Origin: Thermodesulfovibrionales bacterium
GTDB lineage: Bacteria; Nitrospirota; Thermodesulfovibrionia; Thermodesulfovibrionales; UBA6898
NCBI GenBank assembly: GCA_044450345.1
Contig: JBIOIY010000051.1
Coordinates: 1-21,617, forward strand
DNA length: 21,617 nt
Reading direction: 5' to 3'
Positions 7,651 through 17,619 of the stretch are shown in pieces. A program made the translations under genes and the position numbers. The stretch's first letter is position 1. Every line of letters starts with the position of its first letter. The notes under the pieces were generated by a model that saw nothing but the letters and a program-made list of their open reading frames with translations, made no database searches and was not told the origin of the DNA.

Positions 7651-9770
7651 GCCGTAACCGCCCTTTCCCTTTCATCATCTATCGCCTTCCTGAATATGGC
7701 AGGCGCATCGAGGATGAGGACAACCCCTCCATTTCCGAGTATCGAAGCTCCTGTCACGAGTCCTGACTTCATATACCAGTCGTCAACCGCCTTTATCACA
7801 AGCTCCTGCTGTCCTTTAAGACGGTCTACAAGGACCCCTATCTTCTTTTTCCCGAGGCCCATTATAAGGATGAATTTCCTCTTATCATCTTCCACATCAC
7901 CGTTGAGCAATTCCTGCAGACGGATAACTGAAATTATCCGGTCCCGGAGGAGAAAGGTGTCTTTTCCATCCACGGTTACGAGTTCATCCGTCACGATCCT
8001 CGTGACATCCGTTACGGCTGAAACAGGTATTGCATAAAGCCTGCGGCCCACTTCAAAAAGCAGTGCCTTTATCACAGCAAGTGTAAGAGGGAGCCTCAAT
8101 CTGACCGTTGTCCCTTCCCCAGGTGTTGATTCCACCTCTATTGAGCCCTTCATGGCGTTAACAGCTGATTTTACCGCATCCATCCCGACGCCTCTCCCCG
8201 AGGTCTCGCTTACGGTTTCTGAGGTGCTTAATCCTGAAACAAAAATCAGGTCGATCGCCTCATGGTCGGTCAGCTTATCGCTCTCAGCTTCTGTAAGAAG
8301 ACCTTTCTCAATGGCCTTCTTCCTGAGTTTCTCTCTGTCTATCCCCCTGCCGTCATCGGAGGCCTCAATCACTATCTGGGCCGCCTCATGATAGGCATTG
8401 AGCGTAATTACACCTTCTTCTGGTTTGCCGGCTGACCTCCTCCACACAGGGTCCTCTATGCCGTGGTCGATAAAATTTCTGATAATATGAGACAAGGGTT
8501 CTCCGAGGGCGTCAACGATGCTCTTGTCGAGTTCCGTCTCTTTGCCGCGTATATCCAGCCTCACCTTTTTGCCGTTTTCCGCACAAAGGTCCCTTACGAT
8601 CTTGGGGAACTTTCTAAGGACATGATTTACCGGCACCATCCGCATCTTCATGATCCCCTTCTGAAGGTCGCTTACCGTTCGTTCCATGTAAGAATTCGCG
8701 GCAAGGAGTCTACTAACGATATCATCTCTCGATGCGCCGTCTTCCAGGTCTCTTGCCACCTGCTCTACCATGGAGCGGCCTATGATAAGCTCTCCCGCAA
8801 GGTCCATGATACTGTCCACGCGTGATGCCTCGATCCTCAACATCTCGCTCCTGGCATTCGAAGGTTTCATTTCATAGTTTGAAGAACTTGGTTGCCCTGC
8901 AACTTCACTTCGGATATCCGCCTGTGGAGACCGGGTACCGTGGCTTGAATGGTCAAAATCCCTGATATGTATCTCCTCCATAATGCCTGTAACAAAGGCG
9001 TCTCTTTTTATCTGCTCCTTGCTAAGAGATGAGCAAAACAGGAACGTTATTCTGTCGGCCTTCTCAATTTCAGCGCTTTCCACCTCAGGAATCGAACGAA
9101 TTACCTGGCCCATGCCACTGAGTAACTGCGTTACCATAAACGCGGCAGGCCCCCTGTCTGCACACATCGGGTGGAATACTATTTCCAACTCATAGAGTGC
9201 GCTGCCACGGTTAAGGGCATCCTGTATCTGGAGTTCCTGGTATTCCGTAATGCCCTGATTCAAATGACTTCTTTGGTCAGTGTGTCCCATTTCAAATCCG
9301 GCTGCCTCTTCTTGGCGAAGCGGGAATGAGGGCGGGGTCTCTCCCTGCTGTCCGGTGCCCTTTTGCAAAAAGGCGTCTATCTTCTCCATGATCTCGTCTG
9401 TCCCTGTTGCTGCCGTGCCTGCCTCGCTTTCGCTGAGAAGTTTGCTCATGACGTCAACACCGCTTAAAAGCAGGTCTATGCACTCGTGTTTCAAGTCTCC
9501 CGGGTTATCGGTAAGGGACGAGAGGATGTCCTCCACGCTGTGGCAGAGGGTCCCGATAGAGACGAGGCCGATGGAATTGGAGTCGCCTTTAAGCGTGTGG
9601 ACGTACCTTTTGATAGTTTTCAATGTCACCTCGTCTTCTGACGAGGTCTCAAGCACGAGCAATAAGTCCTGAAGGTTCTCAACAGCCTCATATGCCTGAG
9701 AGTAATAGACATTCTTCAGCTCTTCAAACTCGCTGTCGCTCAGATGGTCGAAATGGCTTAACATAGTCAC
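7647..9770 (-). CDS. cheA: Chemotaxis histidine kinase CheA
   Basis: Hpt (HTLKG), P2-like region, dimerisation domain, HIIRNFIDHGIE, DDGRG, SGRGVGMD, C-terminal CheW-like domain. Start is GTG 9770 or ATG 9764. Confidence 0.97.
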   Translation of the reverse strand: MTMLSHFDHLSDSEFEELKNVYYSQAYEAVENLQDLLLVLETSSEDEVTLKTIKRYVHTLKGDSNSIGLVSIGTLCHSVEDILSSLTDNPGDLKHECIDLLLSGVDVMSKLLSESEAGTAATGTDEIMEKIDAFLQKGTGQQGETPPSFPLRQEEAAGFEMGHTDQRSHLNQGITEYQELQIQDALNRGSALYELEIVFHPMCADRGPAAFMVTQLLSGMGQVIRSIPEVESAEIEKADRITFLFCSSLSKEQIKRDAFVTGIMEEIHIRDFDHSSHGTRSPQADIRSEVAGQPSSSNYEMKPSNARSEMLRIEASRVDSIMDLAGELIIGRSMVEQVARDLEDGASRDDIVSRLLAANSYMERTVSDLQKGIMKMRMVPVNHVLRKFPKIVRDLCAENGKKVRLDIRGKETELDKSIVDALGEPLSHIIRNFIDHGIEDPVWRRSAGKPEEGVITLNAYHEAAQIVIEASDDGRGIDREKLRKKAIEKGLLTEAESDKLTDHEAIDLIFVSGLSTSETVSETSGRGVGMDAVKSAVNAMKGSIEVESTPGEGTTVRLRLPLTLAVIKALLFEVGRRLYAIPVSAVTDVTRIVTDELVTVDGKDTFLLRDRIISVIRLQELLNGDVEDDKRKFILIMGLGKKKIGVLVDRLKGQQELVIKAVDDWYMKSGLVTGASILGNGGVVLILDAPAIFRKAIDDERERAVTA

Positions 9771-9787
9771 ACCCCTCTTCTTTTTTC

Positions 9788-10648
9788 CTATTCGGGCTTT
9801 TTGTACGCAGTGCCTTTGTTGTCGTAGACAAACTCAAAACCGGTGCCAAGGCCATGCAAGCTTTCGGCATGCCCTAGCAGGAGGTACCCGCCGGGATTAA
9901 GGCTCCGGTAAAATTTGTCGATCAGCTTTCGCTGCTCCTCTTCATCGAAATAGATCATCACGTTTCTGCAGAAAATGATGTCGAGGTTGCTGAGGCCGTT
10001 TTCGTTTTTCAGATTGTGAAAATCAAAAACGACCATCTTGCGTATTTCGTCCCTCACCCTATAGCCGTTCCCGTTTGTTTCAAAATATCTTGTAAGGTAA
10101 TGATCGGGCACTGTGGCGTGGACTTTTTCCCCAGTATATTCTCCCTTGTTTGCGGTCTCCAGCACTGTAAGGCTTAGGTCGGATGCGAATATCCTGATGT
10201 CCCATTCAAAACCCGTCTGTCCCTCTGAAGAAAAGGAGCACTGAGGAGGGGGATACCTTCTCAAGGTGTCATGGACAATCATTGCTATGGAATAGGGCTC
10301 TTCACCTGTAGAGCATCCGGCGGACCAGATCCTCAGTTTCTTCTGCATCCCGCCGGATCTCATTCCAAGCACATCAGGTAAGATGATATTCCCGAAGAGC
10401 TCCATCTGCGGCCCGTTCCTGAAAAATGAGGTTTCGTTCACGGTGAGAAGATCGAGGAGTATCAGCAGTTCAGCCTTCTTTGTCTCGGTAACGAACTTGT
10501 AATACCAGTAGGGGCTGCTTATTCCTGTGGCACCCATCCTTTTGAGCAGCCTGTTTTCGAGGAACTCCTTCCTCGCTTCCTTCAGGTAAATCCCTGCCTC
10601 TTCGTATACGAGATTTCTGAACAGTCTGAACTCCTCGTCGGTCAGCAT
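9788..10648 (-). CDS. cheR: Chemotaxis methyltransferase CheR
   Basis: TVNETSFFR, IWSAGCSTGEEPYS, IFCRNVMIYF and LGHAE motifs. Confidence 0.97.
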   Translation of the reverse strand: MLTDEEFRLFRNLVYEEAGIYLKEARKEFLENRLLKRMGATGISSPYWYYKFVTETKKAELLILLDLLTVNETSFFRNGPQMELFGNIILPDVLGMRSGGMQKKLRIWSAGCSTGEEPYSIAMIVHDTLRRYPPPQCSFSSEGQTGFEWDIRIFASDLSLTVLETANKGEYTGEKVHATVPDHYLTRYFETNGNGYRVRDEIRKMVVFDFHNLKNENGLSNLDIIFCRNVMIYFDEEEQRKLIDKFYRSLNPGGYLLLGHAESLHGLGTGFEFVYDNKGTAYKKPE

Positions 10649-10652
10649 AAAA

Positions 10653-12707
10653 TTACCTCACAGCAACTGGTTCACGGTCAAATTTCGCTCTGCGCTCACC
10701 GTTCCCATCACCCTGTTTGGCACTTCTTTCTTTTTTATGTAAGTCCGGCCGCGCCATTGATACCCTTTCAGACCCATTGACCTGGAACTTGCCCACTACC
10801 TGCTGGAACCTCTCAGCCTGGGAGTTCAACTGTTCGGCTGATGAGGCAAGCTCCGCAGTGCCCGAGGCATTCTGGTGTATCATCTCCCTCATCTTTTCCA
10901 TGGTTTTTACGATCTGCTCGGCTGATGATGCCTGCTCCTCAGTCGCAGACGTTATTTCCTGTGTCACCTCCCTGAGGTTTTCCGCTGCCTTTGCGATCTG
11001 TGTGCTACCGCTGCTTTGCTCCTGTGTCGCGGCGCCGATTTCCCGCGAGTACCGGTCAACCTCTACCACATTGCCTTCTATGCTTTTGAGGGAATTGCCG
11101 ACCTGTTTGCTCAGATCAACTCCCTTTTCAACTATCTGGATGGACTTGTCCATAAACGTCACTGCTTCCTTCGTCTCTTTCTGTATGCCGGTTATGAGCT
11201 CCGCGATCTCCTTCGTGGACTTTGCCGAACGCTCTGCAAGCTTTCTGACCTCCTCAGCAACAACGGCAAAACCCATCCCCTGCTCTCCGGCCCTCGCGGC
11301 CTCTATCGCCGCGTTAAGGGCGAGGAGGTTTGTCTGCTCTGCGATATCGTCGATAACGTCGACGATTTTGCCGATGTTTTCAGCCCGCGAGCCCAGGGCC
11401 CCGATCGTATCCGCTGAACGGGTGATTGCCTTGCTGATCGCGTCTGTCCCCTGTACTGAGTTTTCTACCGACTCCAGTCCGAGTTCAACGGCCTTTTTTG
11501 CCTGCTGCGACAATTCAACGAGCTGCTTTGCAGTGGCTGCTATCCTTTGTGTTGAAGAGACCATCTGCTCTATGGATGCAGAGGTTTCTGTAACGGACGA
11601 TGCCTGCCCTTGGGAATTTTTCGCCACGTTCCCGATATTTACGGACATCTCGTGCATTGAGGACGTGGTTTCCTCAATAGCTGAAGCTGCCGACTCATTG
11701 TTTCGTGCGGCCTGTTCGGAGGTTGATGCAATCTGGGTCGAGGCTGAAGCTATCTGATCTGAGCCGCCCTTTATCTCACCGATCATGTCCCTCAGGCCAG
11801 CAATCATCTTTTTGAAGGCGTTACCGAGCACATCTCTTTCGGACTTCGGATTCACGTCACTCCTAAGGTCTCCAGCGGCAATCTCCTCGGCAGTAGTCGC
11901 CGTTGCCCTTAGATAATCGATCATTTCGCGAAAAGTCCCGGCAAGGATGCCTATCTCATCAGTCCTGTCAATCTGTATGTCATGAGAAAGATCACCTTCG
12001 GCCGTCTTGCGTGCCACGCCGACTATTTCGTTCAATGGTCGGGTTATTGCACGAATGAAAACCAGAGCAATGAACAGGGCTAATGCCACTCCGATTACGA
12101 TAACGGAGATAGACGTGACGAGGACTCCCCGGTAAGCATCGTTGGCTTTCTTCTTGATAGTCTCAAATGCCTCGGTCTCCTGCTTTTGCATGGCTTCCGA
12201 TATGGCATCTATCTGCTCGGTAGGTTGACGGTCCATGCCCTTCACCATTTTGTCTACAATGTGGGCGCTTTGAGGATTTTTTATATCATAACTTTTCAGC
12301 GCCTCATGGTATCTTTGTCCCAGCTCAGCATGTGTCTTCACGAATTCATCTACCTTCGCCGTGTCGACGTTTAACTGCTTCATGGTTGTCTTCAGCTCCT
12401 CTAGACGGACCTTTACCTCGGATTCCTCCTTCATGAAATTTGAATCATACTTTGCATAGTCGGCAGGGTCGTTTCCTCTCAGCAACAGGTCCTTCCACTC
12501 CTGCACCTGCCTCTTGAAATGGAGTTGGGCTTCATCCGCACCGCTTACCGCCTTCGTGAACAGCTTTGCCAGGTCTAAATTTGAGTTCGATCTCTCATTC
12601 GTAGAGGAAATACCTGCCAGGAGATATATCCCTATGCCGATCAGAAGCAAAGACGTAAAGCCGACAAGTGAAATAAGCTTCATTCCTATTTTCATATTTT
12701 TAAACAT
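10653..12707 (-). CDS. mcp: Methyl-accepting chemotaxis protein (2 TM, helical periplasmic sensor, 2 HAMP, long signalling domain)
   Basis: IAEQTNLLALNAAIEAARAGEQGMGFAVVAEEVRKLAERS tip; two hydrophobic segments; DEIGIL and DVLGNAF HAMP motifs. Confidence 0.97.
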   Translation of the reverse strand: MFKNMKIGMKLISLVGFTSLLLIGIGIYLLAGISSTNERSNSNLDLAKLFTKAVSGADEAQLHFKRQVQEWKDLLLRGNDPADYAKYDSNFMKEESEVKVRLEELKTTMKQLNVDTAKVDEFVKTHAELGQRYHEALKSYDIKNPQSAHIVDKMVKGMDRQPTEQIDAISEAMQKQETEAFETIKKKANDAYRGVLVTSISVIVIGVALALFIALVFIRAITRPLNEIVGVARKTAEGDLSHDIQIDRTDEIGILAGTFREMIDYLRATATTAEEIAAGDLRSDVNPKSERDVLGNAFKKMIAGLRDMIGEIKGGSDQIASASTQIASTSEQAARNNESAASAIEETTSSMHEMSVNIGNVAKNSQGQASSVTETSASIEQMVSSTQRIAATAKQLVELSQQAKKAVELGLESVENSVQGTDAISKAITRSADTIGALGSRAENIGKIVDVIDDIAEQTNLLALNAAIEAARAGEQGMGFAVVAEEVRKLAERSAKSTKEIAELITGIQKETKEAVTFMDKSIQIVEKGVDLSKQVGNSLKSIEGNVVEVDRYSREIGAATQEQSSGSTQIAKAAENLREVTQEITSATEEQASSAEQIVKTMEKMREMIHQNASGTAELASSAEQLNSQAERFQQVVGKFQVNGSERVSMARPDLHKKERSAKQGDGNGERRAKFDREPVAVR

Positions 12708-12755
12708 CGCATCCTCCTTTTATTTAACTGATATAAAGTTATCCTAGGTTTTTGT

Positions 12756-13247
12756 TCATGCGGCCGCAGGCTCCATTGCCCTTTCTAAGGACCTCCCCAC
12801 TTTTCTCATGTCTTCGACATTCAATACCCTCTTGAGGTCAAGAAGAATTATGAGCTTCTCCTCTACTTTCGCCACCCCCGTGATATACTCGACGCCGACT
12901 GCCGATACCATCTCGGGCGGATCTTCCACATCATCCGACTGGACCTTTCTGACCTCGGAGACAAAGTCGACAAGAAGTCCCACAAGCCCTCCTTTGCTTC
13001 CCTCATTCTCCGTAACGAGCACTCTCGTGGATTTTGTCTTGTCCTTGCCATCGAGTCTCAGCCTTTTTCTTAAATCAATAATCGGTATCACCTTGCCCCT
13101 GAGATTGATCACCCCCTCCAAAAAAGGCGGCGCATCAGGCACCTCTGTCACCTCGGGAACTCTCACTATCTCCTGGACAAAGCCTATGCCGACACCATAG
13201 AGTTCTTTTCCTATACCAAAGACAACAAGTTGCAGATTCTTTGACAT
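12756..13247 (-). CDS. cheW: Chemotaxis coupling protein CheW
   Basis: QLVVF, VQEIVR and GVINLRGKVIPIIDLR motifs. Start moved to ATG 13247 because TAAGGAGG lies just upstream. Confidence 0.96.
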   Translation of the reverse strand: MSKNLQLVVFGIGKELYGVGIGFVQEIVRVPEVTEVPDAPPFLEGVINLRGKVIPIIDLRKRLRLDGKDKTKSTRVLVTENEGSKGGLVGLLVDFVSEVRKVQSDDVEDPPEMVSAVGVEYITGVAKVEEKLIILLDLKRVLNVEDMRKVGRSLERAMEPAAA

Positions 13248-13261
13248 GTCTTCCTCCTTAA

Positions 13262-13423
13262 TCAACTTTTTGTTTCTGAAAATGAACTTGCTCGGATATC
13301 CGTTTGAATGCGATAAAAATATTTCACTACATCTTCTTTTTCTCTAAGAGTAAATTTCTGCCAGATCCCGGATTGCTTGGCCACTGCGATAGCGTCCCTT
13401 AGAATATCTCTCAGATTTTCCAT
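13262..13423 (-). CDS. Small hypothetical protein (~53 aa), first gene after the sigma54-type promoter
   Basis: MENLRDILRDAIAVAKQSGIWQKFTLREKEDVVKYFYRI...; AAAAGGGA SD upstream; fills the gap between promoter and cheW. The longer 13465 start lies inside the promoter. Confidence 0.6.
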   Translation of the reverse strand: MENLRDILRDAIAVAKQSGIWQKFTLREKEDVVKYFYRIQTDIRASSFSETKS

Positions 13424-13454
13424 AGTCATTTCCCTTTTGATCGAGCAAGGAAAC

Positions 13455-13469
13455 GCATGATCCATGCCA
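13455..13469 (-). promoter_or_regulatory. Putative sigma54 (-24/-12) promoter for the chemosensory cluster
   Basis: Minus strand TGGCATGGATCATGC has GG-N10-GC spacing and matches TGGCAC-N5-TTGC at most positions; an activator gene is adjacent. Confidence 0.72.
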
Positions 13470-13559
13470 GTGTCGCAATTGATTATTTGAGATCAGGAAG
13501 GTGTGTGAAAAATAAGAAGTTTTATCCGGTAAAATTATTTGGCCGTAACACTGGAGCGG

Positions 13560-13593
13560 TGCAAGATTTCTTTAATATGCAAGAATTATTGCA
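13560..13593. promoter_or_regulatory. Candidate enhancer (UAS): tandem TGCAA-N6-TTGCA-like dyads
   Basis: TGCAAGAATTATTGCA (13578-13593) and imperfect TGCAAGATTTCTTTAA (13560-13575), about 90-125 bp upstream of the -24 element. Confidence 0.45.
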
Positions 13594-13628
13594 GGGCAAA
13601 TGATGCCCAAAAAACGCAGCGAACCACG

Positions 13629-15041
13629 TCAACATTTTTTCTGTTTTCGCATCAGCCTGCTGTTCAACGCCTGCCGGGTGATTCCCAGCATGGAAGCGGC
13701 TATCCCCTGGTTTTTGTGTGAAAGGCTGAGCGCATGTTCTATCGTAAACTCTTCAATCTCCTTTAAGGAGGGATAGTGTCCGAAAATACCTACCAACATA
13801 TCGGCATCACCCTGAGAAATTACAGGTCTTTTCCCTGCAGGCATGGGATTCGGTCCAATTGCTTTTTTAAAGGTCCTCATGGATAACATCCCGGATTGAT
13901 GCTGCGCTACAGCGTCATAAATAAGCGCCCTGAGCTCTCGAATGTTGCCGGGAAAATGATAAGCTGACAGGAGGGTATAAAGTTCCGGCGGCGGCGTGGG
14001 TTTATTCTTCTTCAATGCGGCGGCTGCCTCTGCAAGCAATGCATCGACAAGCAAAGCGATATCCTCGGGCCTTTCCCGAAGGGGTGGGATATGCACATGA
14101 TGACTGCAGAGACGGTAATACAGGTCCTTGCGGAACCGGCCTTCAAGTGCCAGGTCTTTGAGGTCTTTATGCGTGGCCACAATTATCCTTGCATCGCTCC
14201 TTTTCTGGAAATCCGATCCAAGTGGATAGTATGTCCTCTCTTCAATGAGCCTCAAGAGTTTGATCTGTGAGGCTTCACTGAGGTCTCCGATTTCATCAAG
14301 AAAAAGGGTGCCGGCGGAAGCTTTTGTGATAAAACCGTCCCTTTTTTTTTCAGCGCCTGTGTAGGCCCCCTTTTCATGCCCGAAAAGCGTATCGGAAAAC
14401 ATGTTCTCATCGAGTCCCGCCACATCGACTGCAACGAATTCACCTTTCCTGCCGCTGACACGATGGACAGCCTTTGCAAGTAACCCTTTCCCAACGCCTG
14501 TCTCTCCGGTAATCATTACAGGCTGTTGAGAATCCGCGACGGCGCCGACATAGCGGAAGATCGCATACATCTTTCGGCTACTTGTGATCATCGCCGAAAA
14601 GGCATCGGCATGTCTGAGTCCCTCATCAAAAAAAGAGGTCTTCAGGTTCTCTACCTCATCGCGCAGAGAGCTTATTTCCATTACTTTGCTTATACATATC
14701 AGGAACCTTTCCTGCTCGACAGGCTTCACGATGAAATCAAAGGCGCCTTTTTTCATGCACTCCACGGCCTTTTCCAGGTCGTTCACCGCAGTCATAATGA
14801 TTACGGGGACAGAGGGAAAGTCCGCCTTTATTTTAGAGAGAAGTTCGATGCCTGAATGGTGGGGCATCATAAGGTCCAGGACTACAATTGCCTTCTTTGT
14901 CTCTGATAAAATAGGGATTAACTCTCTGTTGTCGCTCAGGGTAATGACGTTTTTATAACCATCGCGCTCCAGAAGCATGCTGAAGACATTCAAAATATGT
15001 TCTTCATCGTCGACGAGCAGGATTGTAAAATCTTTTGTCAC
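13629..15041 (-). CDS. NtrC-family sigma54-dependent response regulator (REC-AAA+-Fis HTH)
   Basis: REC; GETGVGK Walker A; GAYTGA loop; LFLDEIG Walker B; FRKDLYYRL; PGNIREL; C-terminal HTH. GTG start overlaps the upstream stop (GTGA). Confidence 0.96.
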   Translation of the reverse strand: MTKDFTILLVDDEEHILNVFSMLLERDGYKNVITLSDNRELIPILSETKKAIVVLDLMMPHHSGIELLSKIKADFPSVPVIIMTAVNDLEKAVECMKKGAFDFIVKPVEQERFLICISKVMEISSLRDEVENLKTSFFDEGLRHADAFSAMITSSRKMYAIFRYVGAVADSQQPVMITGETGVGKGLLAKAVHRVSGRKGEFVAVDVAGLDENMFSDTLFGHEKGAYTGAEKKRDGFITKASAGTLFLDEIGDLSEASQIKLLRLIEERTYYPLGSDFQKRSDARIIVATHKDLKDLALEGRFRKDLYYRLCSHHVHIPPLRERPEDIALLVDALLAEAAAALKKNKPTPPPELYTLLSAYHFPGNIRELRALIYDAVAQHQSGMLSMRTFKKAIGPNPMPAGKRPVISQGDADMLVGIFGHYPSLKEIEEFTIEHALSLSHKNQGIAASMLGITRQALNSRLMRKQKKC

Positions 15042-17251
15042 ATCTTCCCTTTCTCCGGAGGCGTCACTGGCAATTTCACTGTTGCTGCGGTCCCCTCACC
15101 CGGTTTCGATTCGAATTCCAGGGACCCTCCATGGTCATCTATTATGGAGCGACAGATGCTCAGTCCCAGCCCTATACCTCCGCTTTCGCGTTTCGTAGTA
15201 AAAAAAGGAAGGAAAGCCTTCTCCAAGACCTCCGCGGACATGCCAATTCCCTCGTCCCGTACCTGGATGACAATGCAGTTCCCTATCCTGTCGAACCGGA
15301 CCGCGATCGTAACCGCACACTTTTTTGCCGGAAGAGATTGAAGGGCATTAATGATGAGATTACTCATCACCTGCTCCAGATTATGGCTGTTTCCTTTCAC
15401 CATCGGCAGGTCCTCTTCCATATCCACGCTGAACCTATCGGTGTAACTCTTTATCTGGCTTTCGAGGATCATAAGGGTCGCCCTGATCATACCTTTTATA
15501 TCCACGGGCCCTGCATGTTCGGTAGTTTTGGCACGCGTAAAGGCTTTCAGGTTGGCCACAATATCCTTTATGCGATGCGAACCCTCAAGAATTCCATCAA
15601 AAAGCCTCGTTATTCTTTCATTATTCTTCGAAAACGAAAACCCTCCTATAATAAAATCGCCCTGCTCATCATAATGCCTCCGCAGGATCTTCAGGACGTC
15701 TCCCCATATGTCTGTGAGCATCTGCGCATTAGCCATTATGAAATTAATGGGATTGTTTATCTCATGGGCCATACCGGCTGAAAGCTGGCCCAGTGATGCG
15801 AGCCTTTCCGTCACTATTTGACGCATCTCTCTTTCCTTTTCCTCAGTTATGTCCCTGGCTATGCAGACCGCTCCGATTATCTCATCCTTGCCTGAAAAAA
15901 ACGGGAAAGATGCCACATCAAGAATTCTGTTTCCCCGAGGAAGGCGTATTTCTACAGACGCAGGCTCCCCTTTTTCAAAGATCATGCTGTCAGGACAAAC
16001 TGCCCCCTGAGAGTCAGGTCCGTAAAAAAACTCATGACACTCTTTATTGAGGACTTCCTGCGGGCTAAGATGAAAATAGTCCGAAAATGCCCTGTTTGCC
16101 CTTATTATCCTGAAGTCTCTGTCATGGATAAAGATAAGGTCTGTAATATTGTCGAACGTCCCCTGCCATATCTTTTGGGAATCCGAAACACTCTCAAGCG
16201 TTTTCTGCAGATCGTGTATAAGCTTTTCCCTTTCCTTCGTCAGTGTTTTTCTATGGATGATCCCGGCCAGCGCGTTGGCGATGATCTTAAGAAATTCCAT
16301 CTCCATCTGGTCCTGCTTATGGCCTTCCGCCAGATACAACGTTATGACACCGAGGGTCTTGCCTGAAAGCAGGATTGGGACGCAATAATGTCCGTGGGGG
16401 ACAATGCCATCATAGCGATAATCGTGGCGTTCATCGAGTCTGTCTGAGAATTGTATCTCCTTCGTCGATGCAGCGCGACCGCAAAAGCACTCTCCAAAAG
16501 GTATTACCTTGCATTTCTCCTGCAGAGACCCGGAAAGTCCTTTCTGGGCCTTCATAACCAGCTTATCGGAATCCCCTTCGGCAAGAAATATGCCTCCCCT
16601 TGATTCTAGAGTCAGCCATTTTATTGAAAGGATAAGATCGAGCGTCCTCTGTAAGATTTCTTCAAGGGGCATCTCATCAAGGGAAAGCTGCAGGAGTATA
16701 TTTATCGCGAACTGTATATCATAGTTTTTCCTGAGAACTTCCTGGCTTTCCTGGAGCGCCTTTCGCTCCTTGTCAAGTTCTCGCACCTTCTTGTCGAGTT
16801 TCCGCGCAAGAGACGTTTCCTCCATTCGACACAGATCATCCATCTCCGCCAGCGGACGGTCAGGCACCGAAAATGCTTCAGTCCCATATTCGCTGATCAC
16901 TTCTCTTATAATCTTGAAAAAATCAGTGGGTTCAATCGGCTTTACGAGAAATCGTGAAGCGCCGAGCGCCATGGCCAGTTTTTCGTCCTGTTGATCAACA
17001 AAGGTGGCCGTGTAGAAAATAAAGGCGATATTTCGAAGCTGCTCATCCGTCTTTATCCTGCGACAGAGTTCAAAACCGTTCATTTTCGGCATCAGGATAT
17101 CCGAAATGATCAGGTCCGGGTGCCATTGGTAAGCCTTTTTCAGAGCCTCGACTCCATTAGTCGCGCTACCTGCAGTATATCCCTGGCTCAGGAGCGCACG
17201 CTCAAGAAAAACCTTTGAGTTCTCGTCATCGTCGACTATCAGAATCTTCAC
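15038..17251 (-). CDS. Cytoplasmic hybrid histidine kinase (REC-GAF-PAS-HisKA-HATPase), NtrB-like
   Basis: N-terminal REC (ISDILMP); GAF (FGECFCG, YCVPI, LGVITL); PAS; AHEINNP H-box; NLIINA, DEGIG, PFFTTK and GLGL boxes. Confidence 0.95.
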   Translation of the reverse strand: MKILIVDDDENSKVFLERALLSQGYTAGSATNGVEALKKAYQWHPDLIISDILMPKMNGFELCRRIKTDEQLRNIAFIFYTATFVDQQDEKLAMALGASRFLVKPIEPTDFFKIIREVISEYGTEAFSVPDRPLAEMDDLCRMEETSLARKLDKKVRELDKERKALQESQEVLRKNYDIQFAINILLQLSLDEMPLEEILQRTLDLILSIKWLTLESRGGIFLAEGDSDKLVMKAQKGLSGSLQEKCKVIPFGECFCGRAASTKEIQFSDRLDERHDYRYDGIVPHGHYCVPILLSGKTLGVITLYLAEGHKQDQMEMEFLKIIANALAGIIHRKTLTKEREKLIHDLQKTLESVSDSQKIWQGTFDNITDLIFIHDRDFRIIRANRAFSDYFHLSPQEVLNKECHEFFYGPDSQGAVCPDSMIFEKGEPASVEIRLPRGNRILDVASFPFFSGKDEIIGAVCIARDITEEKEREMRQIVTERLASLGQLSAGMAHEINNPINFIMANAQMLTDIWGDVLKILRRHYDEQGDFIIGGFSFSKNNERITRLFDGILEGSHRIKDIVANLKAFTRAKTTEHAGPVDIKGMIRATLMILESQIKSYTDRFSVDMEEDLPMVKGNSHNLEQVMSNLIINALQSLPAKKCAVTIAVRFDRIGNCIVIQVRDEGIGMSAEVLEKAFLPFFTTKRESGGIGLGLSICRSIIDDHGGSLEFESKPGEGTAATVKLPVTPPEKGKM

Positions 17252-17619
17252 GAGATGTCTCCTATCACGCTTCTTATCTGAGAGATGACCCGCTGCGGAT
17301 CAATCGGTTTTTCGATATATTCATTGCAACCGGCTTTCAAAAGCCTTTCTCTGTCGCCAGACATGGCAAAGGAGGTCATGGCGATAATGGGAATAGTGTC
17401 CCCTATCTCGGAACTGCGTATCCTGCGCAGCACCTCTGTGCCGTCGATGTCCGGCAGCTGGATGTCGAGGATGATAAAGTCCGGCTTCTGCCGAAGGGCC
17501 GCCTCTAACCCCTGCAAGCCGGTCGTTGCCTGCAGGGTACGGTATCCGGACTTTTCCAGCAATCTGGTAATCAAAACCATATTGTTCTCATCATCTTCTA
17601 TAACTAATCCCGTTTTTAT
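17248..17619 (-). CDS. Single-domain receiver (DivK-like) with ATA at the expected start position
   Basis: The frame extends 13 codons upstream of the tracked ATG (IKTGLVIEDDENN-MVL...), supplying beta1 and the acidic pocket. GGAGGTG SD lies 7 nt before ATA 17619. LDIQLP, MTS and KP motifs present. Confidence 0.85.
   Translation of the reverse strand: MKTGLVIEDDENNMVLITRLLEKSGYRTLQATTGLQGLEAALRQKPDFIILDIQLPDIDGTEVLRRIRSSEIGDTIPIIAMTSFAMSGDRERLLKAGCNEYIEKPIDPQRVISQIRSVIGDIS

Noticed and set aside
10717..11757. 346-aa plus-strand ORF and other long antisense ORFs across the che and kinase genes
   Set aside because: Typical shadows opposite well-supported genes; no motifs.
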